DNA of 63,879 bases, counting the filler, from Sphacelaria rigidula (Eukaryota): assembly GCA_964200075.2 (NCBI GenBank). It is 3 parts of 3 records of this genome, joined end to end, with 100 filler letters (N's around TTAATTAATTAA, not from the genome) between each part and the next. Parts side by side here need not be neighbours in the genome. Positions count along the whole stretch, not along the records: positions 21,329 to 42,555 come from CAXNAA020000450.1; positions 42,656 to 63,879 come from CAXNAA020000451.1; 1 more part is not named here. The stretch is one strand, 5' to 3'. Each line of letters starts with the position of its first letter. Position 1 is the stretch's first letter. Positions 35,311 through 48,600 of the stretch are shown piece by piece. A model generated the notes under the pieces. The model did no database searches. It saw nothing but the letters and a program-made list of their open reading frames with translations, and had not been told where the DNA came from. The position numbers were made by a program, and so were the translations under genes.

Positions 35311-38300
35311 GAGTTGGAAAATGCAGAATTATCAAAAGCTCGGTGTTCGAAAACTCAAGGAAAAAGCGGACTCCCGCGCAGCCTGGACGAAGTACGAGGG
35401 AAAAACCGGTCAAGGCTTACCCTGTGCCTTGACAGCCGCGCGCAAGGTCAAGGCGGCGCCTCAACGCGCGGATAAGGCTGAAAAAAAGTCAAGGCGGCCA
35501 CCGAAAGGCTCGACGCGGTCACCGAAAAGTTTGACGCGTCTGTTTCATGTCAGAGTGTTGGAGGTCCAACGCATGAGCTAAGCCAGTGCGCCCAATCTTT
35601 ATTGCGGTCCTTTGGTCCCTTCACAGTCGGGAGATAGCAATGATGTTTTCGGTAACTGACTGTGAATACTAATGACAATATGTGAACAACGCGACATGGG
35701 ACAAGCTTCGTTTTAAAGGGTACGTGTATGTATCTTCCGTCCTGCCTTGTGGTGCTAATTTCTTGTAGGCGCTTGTGTACAAGGGGCAATTCATTCTCCC
35801 AACATAGAGTACCACTAAGCATATAGTTTGCTCTGATCAAAATCGGCTGTGTCGTGTCTACGCTGTCGAGCGCACAAGCCAGGGCCTCAAGAAACGGTCT
35901 TTTCTATGTTCGATGCACTGCCTTTGATGAACCGAAGACAGGCATGACGTTTGCTGTCACTACTGCCTGTGTGCATTAACAACAAGAAAACAGAAAGAAA
36001 CTATGAGACTAGACAGGCGGGATATCTGTGCATTGCCTCTGTACATCAACGACAACCGGGGAAAATGTGCGATCACTAACTACTGCCTGTGTACATTGCT
36101 AACAAGCTACAGTAGTCAGCGTCAGAAGTATGCAGGATCCGTAATTTCTTAGTTTCTCAAAGATTGTTTGAATTTGTTTTGCTTGCCACCGCTCATCACG
36201 GCGACTGTTGGATGCCAAAAAATGGGCACCTGGAGATATTTTTATCATCTTGATAAATACTGAAAGAAAATATTAAGTGACTTACGGGCTTGACCGATCC
36301 TCGATCTGTTTTCGGTGGATCAACTCGATCCGGATTCAAAAAGTGAAGACTCAAAAATGATCGTTTTTTTTAAATCTCACGTAGTCACTGCGCTAGAGCA
36401 GGAAAGCCATGTTTCTTGGACCATTTACGGTCAATAACACCCTCCTGGTAAACGGGGTCTTTGCCTGGTATCGCCCCCACAACAACTTGGGTGATTGTGA
36501 TCGGAGCACGGTTTGCTTATTTTGCCAGAACTATCGACGCTAGCACTTTCGAGTGCTCATGGAAAATGTTATGCGGGAAACCCCCGAAAATAGGCCATCC
36601 GTAGAAAATGCTAGACTGAGGTCTGTTCAGTGTAGGAGGGAAACACGATCTCGATCGTTATTTTGAATAATTTTAAACGTATTAATTTATCTGATAATTT
36701 ACCGTTTCGTCGCTGAAGAGCCGGAAAACTGCTTATATTGGACCCAAAACTGTCAATAACACCCTCCTGATAAACAGGGTATCAAATCCGTGTCGCCCCA
36801 AAACACAAACGTGAGCACTGCAGTTTGAGCGCGGCCTACGCTTCCTCCCTAACTCTACCGGCGCTAGCACTTTCAAGTAGTAGTGAAGAACGGTACTTCA
36901 GAAAAACTCAGGAAAAAAGACAACTACGAATTCTGAAAACTTCTCACGCTGACTACTATACGTGCTGGCACCCGTCACCTCTCGAACTGCAGTGGGCAAG
37001 GTCACACACAATAGTCGCCGGAGCTTTCGTCGGACGGATCAAGCGTAGGAACGCACGTGTGAAGAGCGGTTTTGACCATCATCTGTGTACGGCACTTCAC
37101 GGACTTATAGCAGCAGCCATGATGTACGTTGCCACTGCCGCCTGTGTACACCTAACAATATGTGAACATCGCGGCTGGCAAGTTGCAGTTTTGATCGAAT
37201 GCTTGGTTCGGGACTCGATACAAAGCAAGAATGAGCAAGGGCATTTGCGTCAACATGCGCATCCCAGTACTTGTTCTGTGCCGATGTCATATGAAATGGA
37301 TATGTGGGTGCCTTGATTACGCAGCACTCCTTTTGCGCTGCCGTAGTGGTCAGCATGACACAAAAGGCAACGTGACGGTCCAACGCTGATAGCTCCGAAC
37401 GTCTTGGGTCTTCTGTCGCAGAGGTGAAGTTTGCCGTTGATGATTGGCGTTCAGGAGTGGAGACTACGAGAATGATTTCTTCCCCTGTGCCACGACCCTG
37501 AGCCGATGGGGCCCATGAAGTAATTTCTCCCCAAACCCCCCATCACCGAAAGGTGTGTGGGGTATGCAATGAGCAGCCCAGCCGCACAGCGTGAATCGCT
37601 TTTTCTTCGTCAACGTCGTCTACGTCATTCTCACTTGTCCCACGATACTCGACTCTTGTGCTGATTGTCTGAATATTCTGTGCTGCTTTGTTTTTGCGGT
37701 GTGTGAGTCAAAGGGTCAAGTGGGGTTGGTGCTGTGGGTGACACCCGATCTCCGTATGCTTCAAACTGCCATCGGCTCGGGAATCTACCGGAAATAAACA
37801 GATTCGAAAACAGTTTTCATGGAATCGAACTATATTCCAGTGGTATTTGGGTGATGTGGGCTTTCGATGTCGTCGAATCTCTACTGGTGATCTGTACTCA
37901 AGATCCCAAAAGGCTTCCGACGGTTTCCCTCAAATCTGCCGTAAGAAAGATCCGACAACCTCCAAACTTGGCAGCTTGGTATATATTGATGCTTTGAAAT
38001 TCTACAAATGTAATAGTGAAGATGTATCGAAGTTGCTACGCCCTTTACCGGCTTTTGGGGTTTTTCACACGGGGACCCCCGGAAGTCGGTGTCGATAGCC
38101 TTCAAATAAATGATGAATAAACAATACGTCCAGGAAGTGTAATTCATACGAAGTGTCGTTGCGTTACTCGAGGAATAGATGCAATGTAATCGCCCTAACC
38201 CTCTTGAAACTCGCGAAAAACAGTAGAATCTAACATATGGAAGCTTTCGTCACCGGAAAAAATGTCACTTAGATTTTGGTGCACATTCCCGTTGTTTCCA

Positions 38301-38581
38301 CGGCATGGGGCATCCTGGTCACAAATGGATTATGGCCTCGCTCGCTGTCAAGTACCTCTCCCTCCAGTGAAATTGTTGTGTATTTTCATCGGTGTATGAG
38401 CCCCCCGCATTGCAAAAAATGCATCAAGTTTCTATCCACATGGCATCGAAATGGTGCTATCGACTATTGATTCCCAAAGGGCCATCAGCCACCGGCGCCT
38501 TCGTTGAATTTTGTTTCCGCGAGACAAGGCGACCGTCACCAACTCTCATGATCGCCACCTTGCCTGTGCACATGCCGACAG

Positions 38582-41500
38582 GTGGCGAAGGCAAGCACAG
38601 GGGGGAAGAAGAAGACGGGTACCTGTTGGGCAGACAGCGACACTGAAAGCGATGCCGAAGAGGCAGCACCGCCGGAGAAGAAGCGGGACGCGTTCGGGGA
38701 TAGTGAGAGCGAGAGCGAGTCGGAGTCCGAAGCTGAGGATGGCGAAGGAGACAGCGAGGTTACTTTTTTCAAATATTATTTGATTTTGAACGAAGATGGA
38801 AGGGAGGGGGCCAGGGGGGCATAGGAATGGATCTAGTGAAGCAATAATTTTTCCCTTTCGTCTTGTATCTTCTGTTGCTCGAGTGTACTTTCAATGCCAC
38901 GTGATGGGGGTCATGTCACGTCAATGAAAAGTATTGATATTTTTGTTGTTTTGCCGCGAAAAATTCGCCAGGAGTTCCATCAGTGAGTTGCACGTTCGAT
39001 CGCTATGAAGATATCATTACTACCTCATCAGTATTTCAACAACCCCGCTCATTATCATGGCCCTATGACTGGTCGCTGCGTCAGCAGGCACAGCAATGTG
39101 GAGCACGCAACGCTGATCACCCTGCGCCGATAATCAGAGCAGTGGTGAATCTTATGCTCTGCTGGGGTGTTGGTGGCGAAGCCCCAATGTCGGGCTGTTG
39201 ATAGTGGCGTCGCCTGTAACTGTTTGCACGCAACATGAACTTATAGGCGGTGGGGTTGCCGTAACAAATGCCGGAGTACTCCTTGTGAAACGCTACAGTC
39301 GGTCTCGACGGCCGTGAGTTATGGGTATTATATGTCATGATGTCGGCGTCAACATGGATTGCGGTAGCTGCTGAATAGTGCATAGATTCCCACCGAAACA
39401 GTCCTTGCATGCGGTTAGGGTAGCTGGGCATGCGCAGATACTTCCTGGGCGTGTCGTTGGGTGGTGGAACCAGAATGGTTTTTGCGCTAAGTTTGTAGTC
39501 AGAAACCATCACTAGTTGTAGTGTGCTGTCCGTTCGGTCGTCAATACACACAATTCTCCAAGGGTGGCTCATGTAGGGCATTCCCTACATTTGGGTCTTG
39601 TCCAAAATCGGATTCCACGTACCCGAAACTGAGATAAAGTATCGAGATGGTACTCAAAAACACCCAGATATTGCGCACATAATTGCGATCGTATGTAAGT
39701 CTACTCAAAATCTGGGTAGAGTTTGGGGATTGGACCATCGCAACACAATATTCGGAGGGTTAACTCACCAGATATTCACTCTACTCAACATACCCCTACA
39801 ATTCTTTGTGGCTTCGAACCAGGAGCCCTTCCTCTCCTTCGCGCGCGCCCCTATTTTTGCTATTGCCGCGATAGCCCCCTGCCCAAACCAGTCTCAAAAG
39901 TGTCGCAAAAAAAAATGCCATACAGCGCACGATACTTGAATGCACACTTGATGAAGCCCGTCCTTGAGGCAGTATCGTCAAAAAGATAACCAGACATGGA
40001 ATTTCCAGCTGCTCGGTGTGCTCGGCTTTCGTCATTTTGATCCGAATGTGGACTTCGCCTCCTCAAACCAGCCACTTTCCGGGCGGCGGGACAATCACGA
40101 CATCGGTCGGGCTAACGAATGAAGCATATTTTCCGCTGATTTTCCCCGCAGAGTGAAAATGTTCGAGCAGCAGACGGGGGGAATGCGGGTGAGGAGCGAG
40201 CAGACACGCAGGAGGAGGGGGCTGCTGTTACCGGGGAGGATAAGACGCTCATGCACAACTTATCGAAGAAAGAGAGGAAGGTATGCGTCACCAACAAGTA
40301 AGCCTCACAAGATCCTCTGCTACAACGGAAGTGCAGTCACCTACAGCATCAATTTTTCACTCGAGCAAAATGGGGTGTATGCGTACATTTTTCTTTCCAT
40401 CTTCCCATGCGCTACCGACAAACCGAACATTGTGTTTATTTGAATGAAAGCAGTCGGCAATTTGTGCACAGCATACAAGGCAGGATGTATTCCCTGTGCT
40501 CGCGCCTCACCTGACATGCCGTTACAACCCCGGCAAGGACCTGGGCGGTACTCTGAGTCTTGCTGATGACCTTATTGACGGCAGTCGGAGATGTTGAACT
40601 AATCCGATAACATGAGGAGCATGATGTAAAATGTGCTGCATTGTTTGAAGCCGAAGACCGGCTTGTATGGAAGCATGGACTGATGGTTGAAGCATCCTTT
40701 ACTGGTGACTTGTGATACGGAGGTTGGTTTATGCTATTGATACATGCGATTGATGGAATCTATTCCTCGACAGAGTATGCAGTAGCCGCTTGCTTATAAG
40801 AAAATTACACAGCAGACCCAGCCTGAGTTTCATTATCTGATGACAAGGCCTACTGCATTGGACTTGGTGTAGCGCTGGTTGCTGAGGCGTCAACACTTCA
40901 TTTTAAATGTCGGAATCTTGGCCTAATTTTCTTGCAAGCTTGTTTCGAATAAGCGGGCCGCTACTGTACAATCATTTGTGAAATTGATACCAATTGATTG
41001 CGGTTTAGAGAAATTAGCGTGTGACTGATGCGGCGGTAAAAACACCGAGAGGTGGTCGGATGGAGTGCGGGGGTGCCTTGTGACCACTATACTAGAACAG
41101 TAGGGAGATGTCGTGTCCATTAGAAGCAGCGGCTGCAGCTGCGAGCATGGGTATTTTTTGAGGAGAGGGTAAAACACGGTTTTGTCCAGACGCAACGATC
41201 TTCGACTCCAAAATATATTCGTCAGCTGTAATTTAGCACACACGATTCCGTCCGGTTATTTCCGGGGGTGCGGAGTTCTTGGACGGGTTGAAAAACGGCT
41301 TGGCAATAACTTTTCTCGAGAGCAAGCAAGCAGCGGTGCTTCTTTCCTTTGCGAGCGTACAATTGACAATGCGAATGCCGGTCTAACTTCTGTAGTTCAT
41401 GCAGCATTATGCGACGCGGCTTTATGTAGAGTCGAGACGTGAAGAGCAATGGCAGACGAGGTACTTATTTTTGAAGAAGTAAGGCACGGTAGGGGATGAT

Positions 41501-41697
41501 GGGCGTCGTCCACTCTCTGGCATGCAGCGTGTTCAAGAACGTGAGCAACATCGGTATGCGTTATGTTTTGTTATACGTCACGTGACGGACCCCCCGTGTC
41601 TTTTTATTTTTCGTTCCGTTGACTGGCTTGTGGCAGGCACTAAAGCAGAAGCAGCTGGACGATTTGGACGCTCTGCTAGGGGAATTCGGCGTTGATG
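38582..41697 (+). CDS. Three internal exons of an acidic/Lys-rich uncharacterised protein (WAD...acidic tract...LSKKERK..K.LDDLDALLGEFG); start and end not found
   Basis: Exons 38582-38758 (VAKASTGGKKKTGTCWADSDTESDAEEAAPP...GDSE), 40152-40280 (SENVRAADGG...LMHNLSKKERK) and 41637-41697 (ALKQKQLDDLDALLGEFGVD). CAG acceptors, GT donors, phase 0/0. Motif order recalls the plant At4g32610-type proteins (from memory, not searched). Confidence 0.8.
39870..40050 (-). repeat. Dispersed repeat, inverted homologue of about 80-260
   Basis: Both read ATGA.AAAAGCCGAGCACA..GAGCAGCT.G.AATTCC and ...GGGCTGGTTTGGG / AGACTGGTTTGGG on their respective strands. Confidence 0.75.
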
Positions 41698-42483
41698 GTG
41701 AGATCACGTGGCGTACGTACGTACGCATCTTACCTTTTTTTTTGTTTTCGTCGTACTTAACCATTTGAACCATTCGTCAGCCTGAGATTCTTGGACTGTA
41801 ATTTATTATATATAGTGTTGGTGACGTTCAGAAATTAACATCCAGAAGTAACAGTCATGGCTGGTTTGACGGTTGGAAGAGCTGCATCATTTCTAATCAA
41901 TCATACACTTGGCGAGACCAGGCTCGTGTACATGTAGGTGAGCCTTACGGCACGGAGAAAAGGAATGCTCTACTGTTTCCAACATGACTAGACCCTTCCG
42001 GCGCTCAAAACTAGTTGTTCCCATGGTTCGGCCGTTTGACTATGGCGTAGGAATTTGGGAAAATATCGTCGGCAGGCATATATGACTTTACAAAGCCGGG
42101 TGTGCGCCGCAGCGAAGGTTCCGCGATTTTCAGTTTTGCCTTGTGAGATTGCCGGAACCTGGTTTGCATGTCTACGCAGGCGGTTCAGGTCCTTCCTCGC
42201 CGGTTTAGGTGCCTCTTTGTCTTTACGTTCTCGAAATGCTAAGCCCACTGAGGACGGTACTTCTTCATCACTGTCGAAGCCACGAGCTCCGGCTTGGGCG
42301 ACAGGACTCCGTGAGGGGGACAAGCACATAGCGGCGGTTCCATGCGTATTGTTTTGTATGTGTCGGCTGGTGCTCGCCCCAGTTATTTGGCTCTGCCTGG
42401 TGGTGGGAATATTGCGCGAAAAATCAGATATCTAGGAAAACCAACCCCCAGCTATGCTCGCAAGCGCCGCCTACAGAACTTGT

Positions 42484-42516
<33 letters not shown>

Positions 42517-42555
42517 GGCCCCCCCCCCCGGGCCCCCCCCCCCTTCGGGGGGGCG

Positions 42556-42655
42556 NNNNNNNNNNNNNNNNNNNNNNNNNNNNNNNNNNNNNNNNNNNNT
42601 TAATTAATTAANNNNNNNNNNNNNNNNNNNNNNNNNNNNNNNNNNNNNNNNNNNN
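42556..42655. other. Artificial contig spacer (44 N + TTAATTAATTAA + 44 N)
   Basis: Same as 21229-21328; preceded by a long poly-C/G tract. Confidence 0.97.
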
Positions 42656-45104
42656 AACGACGGAGTCAGTCCATTGCAACAAAAGATCCCCTCTTTCAGG
42701 AAAAACCGATTATTGTCTGAAACAGTTTCAGTTCCGAAATGCCCCCCAGGCGTAAAAATGATTTCTGCGGTAACTCACCAATCAGACCGCCGAATTCCTC
42801 GAATGGGGCACTGTACGGTAGCTGCATGCACAGGACGTGTGCTCAAGAAAAAAAAAAGTTGCCTGTTAGGAACTAGAGAGCATCCACTCTGAATCTGAAA
42901 CTACGTTCTGAATCTCACAAATATAGTGTTCACTGCCGATACAACGGACGCGTGTCTTAGGACGGGTTGGCGCACTGAAAGACATGAATGGGGCTTCGGT
43001 GCCATGTGGCTTCAGCAAAACTGGGCTGACGACTTTATGCTGTCTTCTGTGTCGTCTTGACGCAGTATAGTTGATCATTCGGGAGGGTAAGTTGATCCAT
43101 CTTGATTTTATTGTGTGGTCACCGAAATCCGGATCTTTTCATGGGAGCTGTGCTTCTAGCATGCTCCTAGCGTGCCCACAACGCGTTTTTGTCTCAATCG
43201 GGGCCTGGGGGAACGATTCGAGGTCTGGTAACGCACACTTCGCGTAGGGAACACGTTGCACCCGCCTCGCCCGAGGATTCTCGGTATGCCCTTGTTGTGG
43301 TTAGGGTTAGGTTTGGTGTTATAACTTGTTCGCTTCGCTGCTGCAAGGTCGCAAAGGTGATTCTTGCTTTCGTTCGTTGCGACTCATGATCATGTCTATA
43401 ACGGCTGTTGGAATGTGTTGCCATTGCAGATACTGCTCTCTCCTCTTGAACGCCAGCTTGCTGTGTGATTTTCTTTTCTCCTTCAGTTCAGAGTTTGTCC
43501 ACACTTGCCGCAGGTGAGATTAGATACAAAGCTATGCTATCGATGGTGGCGTGGTGATGAACCGGGTGCAGGAGAACAAGCGCTACTCTTGGCACTATCA
43601 CAAACGATTCACAGATGGGGGTAAATATCCGCAGACACGGAAGCCTCTAGGGGTTCGGTCAAAGGTTTAAATTCTACACCTGCCGAACATTCCACACATG
43701 CGATGTATCAACCATCTGCAGTATCCAGAGTCATTCATGGGTTTAATCTATTCTGAGGCCGTGAGGTTTTCGTAGGTCGTGGAAACCGGCAAGTGTTGGA
43801 GGCGCTGGTTTGCGCCCATAGCTCAAACGGTTGCTCCCATTACTCATCGCCAAGGCGATCGATTGGGATGCGTTTTTGTTGCATCATCTGCGCCAAGACG
43901 GCAGCCACAAATCCGGTGGTCGATTTACTTTATCTCATCGGGATTGAAGGTTTATCACAAATCAAGTGAAAAAAACATGTTTTTTTTGCGATTTTTTTAT
44001 CACCATAACTCCTTTGGTTCCACCATGATACCAGATTTTAGCTTGGACAAATACACGCCGGTAAGTAGCCTAGGCACGCCATGGTTCGTAGTCCGGGACG
44101 ACGAAAATGGGAAGTAGTCGAGTGGAAATCCCACTCGAATCATAGTACTTTGGGAGGTTTTACGGCGTGCATGATCAGAGGATGACCGAGATCTCCGTTC
44201 CGTTCGTGCTTTTGGTCGGTGACACTTTTTGTGCCCATTTTGGGGGGTCAGGCGCGCCCATAACTGTACAGACGTGTTCACGCAGCCAGCGCGCGTGCTC
44301 CAGATTGCAGCATGGACGCACCCCTCTGCACCACGCTCGCAACAGTTAGATCACTACCATATGTATCTCTTTTCACTCCGCATGTCAAGAAGATCTCCAC
44401 AGATGATTGATGTCTCATACACCACCCCCCCCCCCCAACTGGCGTCTCGCACGATCTTGTCGTTGGGCACCCATAGGATCGCTCACATACATGTCGGGTA
44501 AAATCAACTATGAATAACACCCCCCCCCCCAAGTTCAAATCGGATATATCTGTTGTTTTCGCCGCACCACCGCCCTTGCTGGCATGTGTGTGACAGAGAA
44601 CAGTAAAAGCGGTGACAGGGACATTGCCCTATTTTTCAACATGTTTCTCAGCGCACAGAGGCGCGTCCTGTCCAAAAAGAGAGGCAGGGAGAAATCAATC
44701 TTCGCATTCGTGAGCTCGAAAGGCAAGAAGAGACGGCATCTCTCCGCACCTCGATGTTCTGGCACATGGAAAATTGGGTACATGCTGGTAACATCGATGA
44801 TGCTAGTCTCTCGAGGGATTGGCAATCGCCGAGCGAGGACACACAAAGGATACGGGCGAGGAGCTCCCTCTCTGTCGTTGCTTCTCTCTCTGGTGATATC
44901 GCCATCGACATGCGTGTACATCGCATTCGTTAGGTGCACCTAGCCACAGCTGCTTGACTGCTGCAGACATTTGGGGGGGAAGATGGCTTCGCTCGGTCGT
45001 GAGTGTTTCGCGTCATCCCTGCAAAAAAGAAGTGCCAATTGAAGCTCATTTTTGAGATGGACCCCATTTTTCAGGATCCGCTGTTAGTAGTGGATGGTCT
45101 AACT

Positions 45105-45615
45105 ATCCAGGGGCGCTTTGGGGTTTCCCCCTCGTACTACTCTCCAATAAAAATCTAAATTGCTAGAGTCGGTAGATTTTGGTACAATGAATACATCATT
45201 CTCGAAAACCAGTGCCCAAGTCGGCTTTAGTTGGTGTTATCGGGCGATACGAGTAAATACCCCGTTCATCAGGAGGGTATCATTGAACGTGAAACACAGT
45301 TTTCTGGCTCTAGTGCAATGAATAGGTAAAGTGAAGAAAAGAAAAAACATACATTTCTCAACATATTTGATCGAAACAGGCTCTATCGACCCAAGATACC
45401 GAAGAGTAAGATCTGGGCTGAAACGTGGCAGGACCCCCGATGAGCGGCCAGCCCGTAAGTCACTCAATGTTGAGTACAGATGATTTTCGTTTCTTGGCAT
45501 GTGGAGTGGATAAAAACATCTTCAGATCTCCAATGTGACAAACGGTGGCAAAAGAAAAGAGCCCAATAAAATCGACCGCCCACTGCTGTAAAAAATACTC
45601 GAAAATAGTACGTTG
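45105..45615 (+). repeat. About 500-bp dispersed repeat (MITE-like), second copy at about 50245-50780
   Basis: Shared blocks ATCATTCTCGAAA, ATACCGAAGAGTAAGA-TCTGGGCTGAAACGTGGCAGGACCCC, TTGAGTACAGAT and GACCGCCCACT. Confidence 0.8.
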
Positions 45616-48600
45616 ATATGTCAAGCCTGTGACTGACGTTGCTGTACATCTGTGCACAGGATCAGAACAAAAAGAGGAGGATAGAGCTCCTCGTGTTTTT
45701 GTGCCTGTCTTGTTGCACTAGCTATGTTGTTGTGCCAATCTTTCAACACGGGTTTCTCGGCAACCAAGCAGTGGATTGCATCGCGGTTTGTCTCGCGCGC
45801 TTTCCTCACACCTAAACAAACCAGGGAACCATAAAATATATGTCCTTCACACGTTCTACAAACAAACGCTGCATGCTACCAAAATGTACGAAACAATCCC
45901 GCTTTCATCTTGGTTTGGGGGCTTTTGGGGTGCGCTGTGTGGCGATCTGAGCAAAGTAATGTTGCCATCTAGCTTTTGCGTGTGCGCGGGGGGCTGTAAA
46001 GTGTCACAGGCCGGCTTGCTTCGTGTGCCGAGGAAGCACGATGAAAGTACTTTTTTAGCTGTCTATACTATAAATAACACCAAATCATTAGGGAACAAGG
46101 CGTGTCCCCTACTTCACAGGGCTCGGAACAACTGATGACGTGTCCATCATTTCTCCGCCCTATTGCTTTTTTCATCCTGCCCTCGCACTCTTTGTCGTCA
46201 AGGCCCTCATTCACCTCCATGACAGTATCAGTGCATGTTTTCGTGAGATAGAGTCTAGGATAAGATTGAGAGCAACACGTGGCCCAATAATGAATTGAAA
46301 AGTTTCAGTTCCGAAATGCCCCTCCGGGTCTTTTATGATGCCTGATACCATAATGTTTTTGTCGTAGCTCACCAAAATGAAGCCTTCGATATCTCTGAGT
46401 AGGATATCAACGTGTAGCTGTAGGCACAAGACAGTGTTACAGCCGAAGAAGATCGCATACATGCAAATGAAAAAATGGTCAAGATAGAGCGAATAACAAA
46501 ACTCTCCCTCAATGAACTCTAGAATATCTCTCTCACGAAAACGTCGTTTCGTGTTCTTTCAAACATGCTTCCTGGAGAAGACTCACGTTCCACCTCCTGT
46601 ACCCTCATCCAGGCGGGGCGCGGTTTCGTCTTCTCTGGTCCCTCAAACACTCAGCTTTGTGCTCGTCCCGTCACGCGATTTCGGGTCGTGTTCAGTCTAC
46701 CTTGCAAAAACGCAACAAGCAACTGCCGGGGCATGTCCGGCACGTGTGGAGGTGAATATATCACCTGCCCCTGACCTCAACCGTCGCACCTTTCAGGGGG
46801 AGTTGAGTCTCCTCAGGTGTCATGAACCGTCATCACTTGTCCGTATTACCCACAATCGACAGATTCTCGTGGGATTGAAAGTATAGCGTTCGATGGAGAG
46901 TCAGCTTCTTAGCCCTCTGTAGAATCGGCATCGAGTTCACTTGAAACGTCACTGCGTGACCCGGATTCCCAATCCTGGCGGTCAGAGGGTCAACATGATT
47001 CCCTTCGAGTTCAACAGGTTTGAACATGTCCTGGCGGTGCGACGGGTGCTTGTCCGCATGCGCAGCACGCCTTATAACATGAAACAAAAGAAGTACATGA
47101 ATTGCGGCGACCTTCGGTAGCTCGTAAAACCATTAGTAATTAACGAAGGAAATTCCTCTCAGAACTACAGCGCACCCCAGCCAAATCCCACTCCCTACCC
47201 CCCAGGTTGGATCCCATTTCTTTCCGAAACATCACGCTGTAAACAGCGGCAGCCCGTGAAATACGGCGACACGCGCGTAAAAGCAGAGTAGCAACGAAGG
47301 CGTATTGAAAAACCTAGATGTTTCTCGACGCCTTCGACGCCACGAGCGCGAACGGATGAAGGCCCTCCGCCTTTTGAACACTTTCGAACTTACACAACAA
47401 CGCAGCGATGATCGCAGCATTCATCCACGACCAGAAAAATCACGATGGATTTGCTCCTCTTCATCCTGCACTGCCCCGCAAAAAGAACGGAAGAAAGAAA
47501 TCCTCCTTGCCTTCGCCCCCCATCTCGAATATTTCACAACATTCACATGTGACTTGGACCAAAAGCCAGAAAAATCATGGCTGGACCGCACCAACATAAT
47601 GCACGCATCCCCCCCCCCCCCCACCAACCCCTCCCCCTCCCCGCATGCCCCTAGCCTACCACCACAGTCTTCTGGCGCACCTCAAGAGCGCGCGTACTAA
47701 ACAACCGATGACGTCACCCTTCACCTACTACGAGCTTCGTGAATCTAGGTTCCCCTCGTCACTGGCTATACTCCTTTATCCAAGTGTGATCAAAGAGTGG
47801 GATCCGCCTACGAGAACTGCGTTTCTTCCTCTACTCCCTTTGCACGGCGGACATCACGGTTTCTTCACTGTTTTCGCCCCGAACGAATCGAGTTGCTCAC
47901 AAAACAAAAAGAGCTATTTTTGACACAAGAAGGAACGATCGCCGAAAAAGAGCGGGAACAAAAAAGAAGTCATGAACTGCATCTTGGAACATGATTTTTT
48001 TTCATAGATATGTATGATATTCGGAACACATTCTTTCTCCCTTGCGCTACTATTAGTACCATGATTTACACGAAAACTCCACAAAAATAATGAAAGACAC
48101 CGGTGTACACTATGCTGCATGTACCAGAGTAGTACCCCAAAACATGCACAAAGCACGATTGTAACACTGCTTCAAAAAAAGAAAATGAGGAGTTCAGGCC
48201 GAAGCACCTCCTGCTTTGTATCTCGATTCTGTGCACAGCTCACGAGGTTCTCAAGACCAAGCGGAAAGCGGAGTACGCAATATACCCCGACAAGCAAAGT
48301 TCCAACGAAGACGCAAGAACGAAACCATCAAAACTGAACACTCAACGCCCTCACCCTCACCCCACTGCCTCCCAGAAAAATATGACACATAACAAAACGT
48401 GACAACTGCCACGTCGCACATGATACATGCCACGGACCAAATGAGGTACATCAGATGTCCATGTCTGAACCCGATGCATCAGGCTGAATATTGAGACTCC
48501 CGGTACCGACAGTCCACGTTACAGCCCATGGTTATCAAGACCTTCCCTTCCAGCAAAGTATATCACACATCAACATCAAAAACTATGGACAAAAATGGCC

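Noticed and set aside
21074..38582. Joining the large plus-strand gene to the 38582-41697 exons (both phase 0)
   Set aside because: The join would cross an artificial contig spacer and 17 kb of repeats; the second set resembles a separate small-protein family. Unsupported without transcripts.
41240..41430. VRLFPG...CSSCSIMRRGF as an ADP-ribosyltransferase-like remnant
   Set aside because: Frame has several stops and the resemblance is only a few residues; could be chance.
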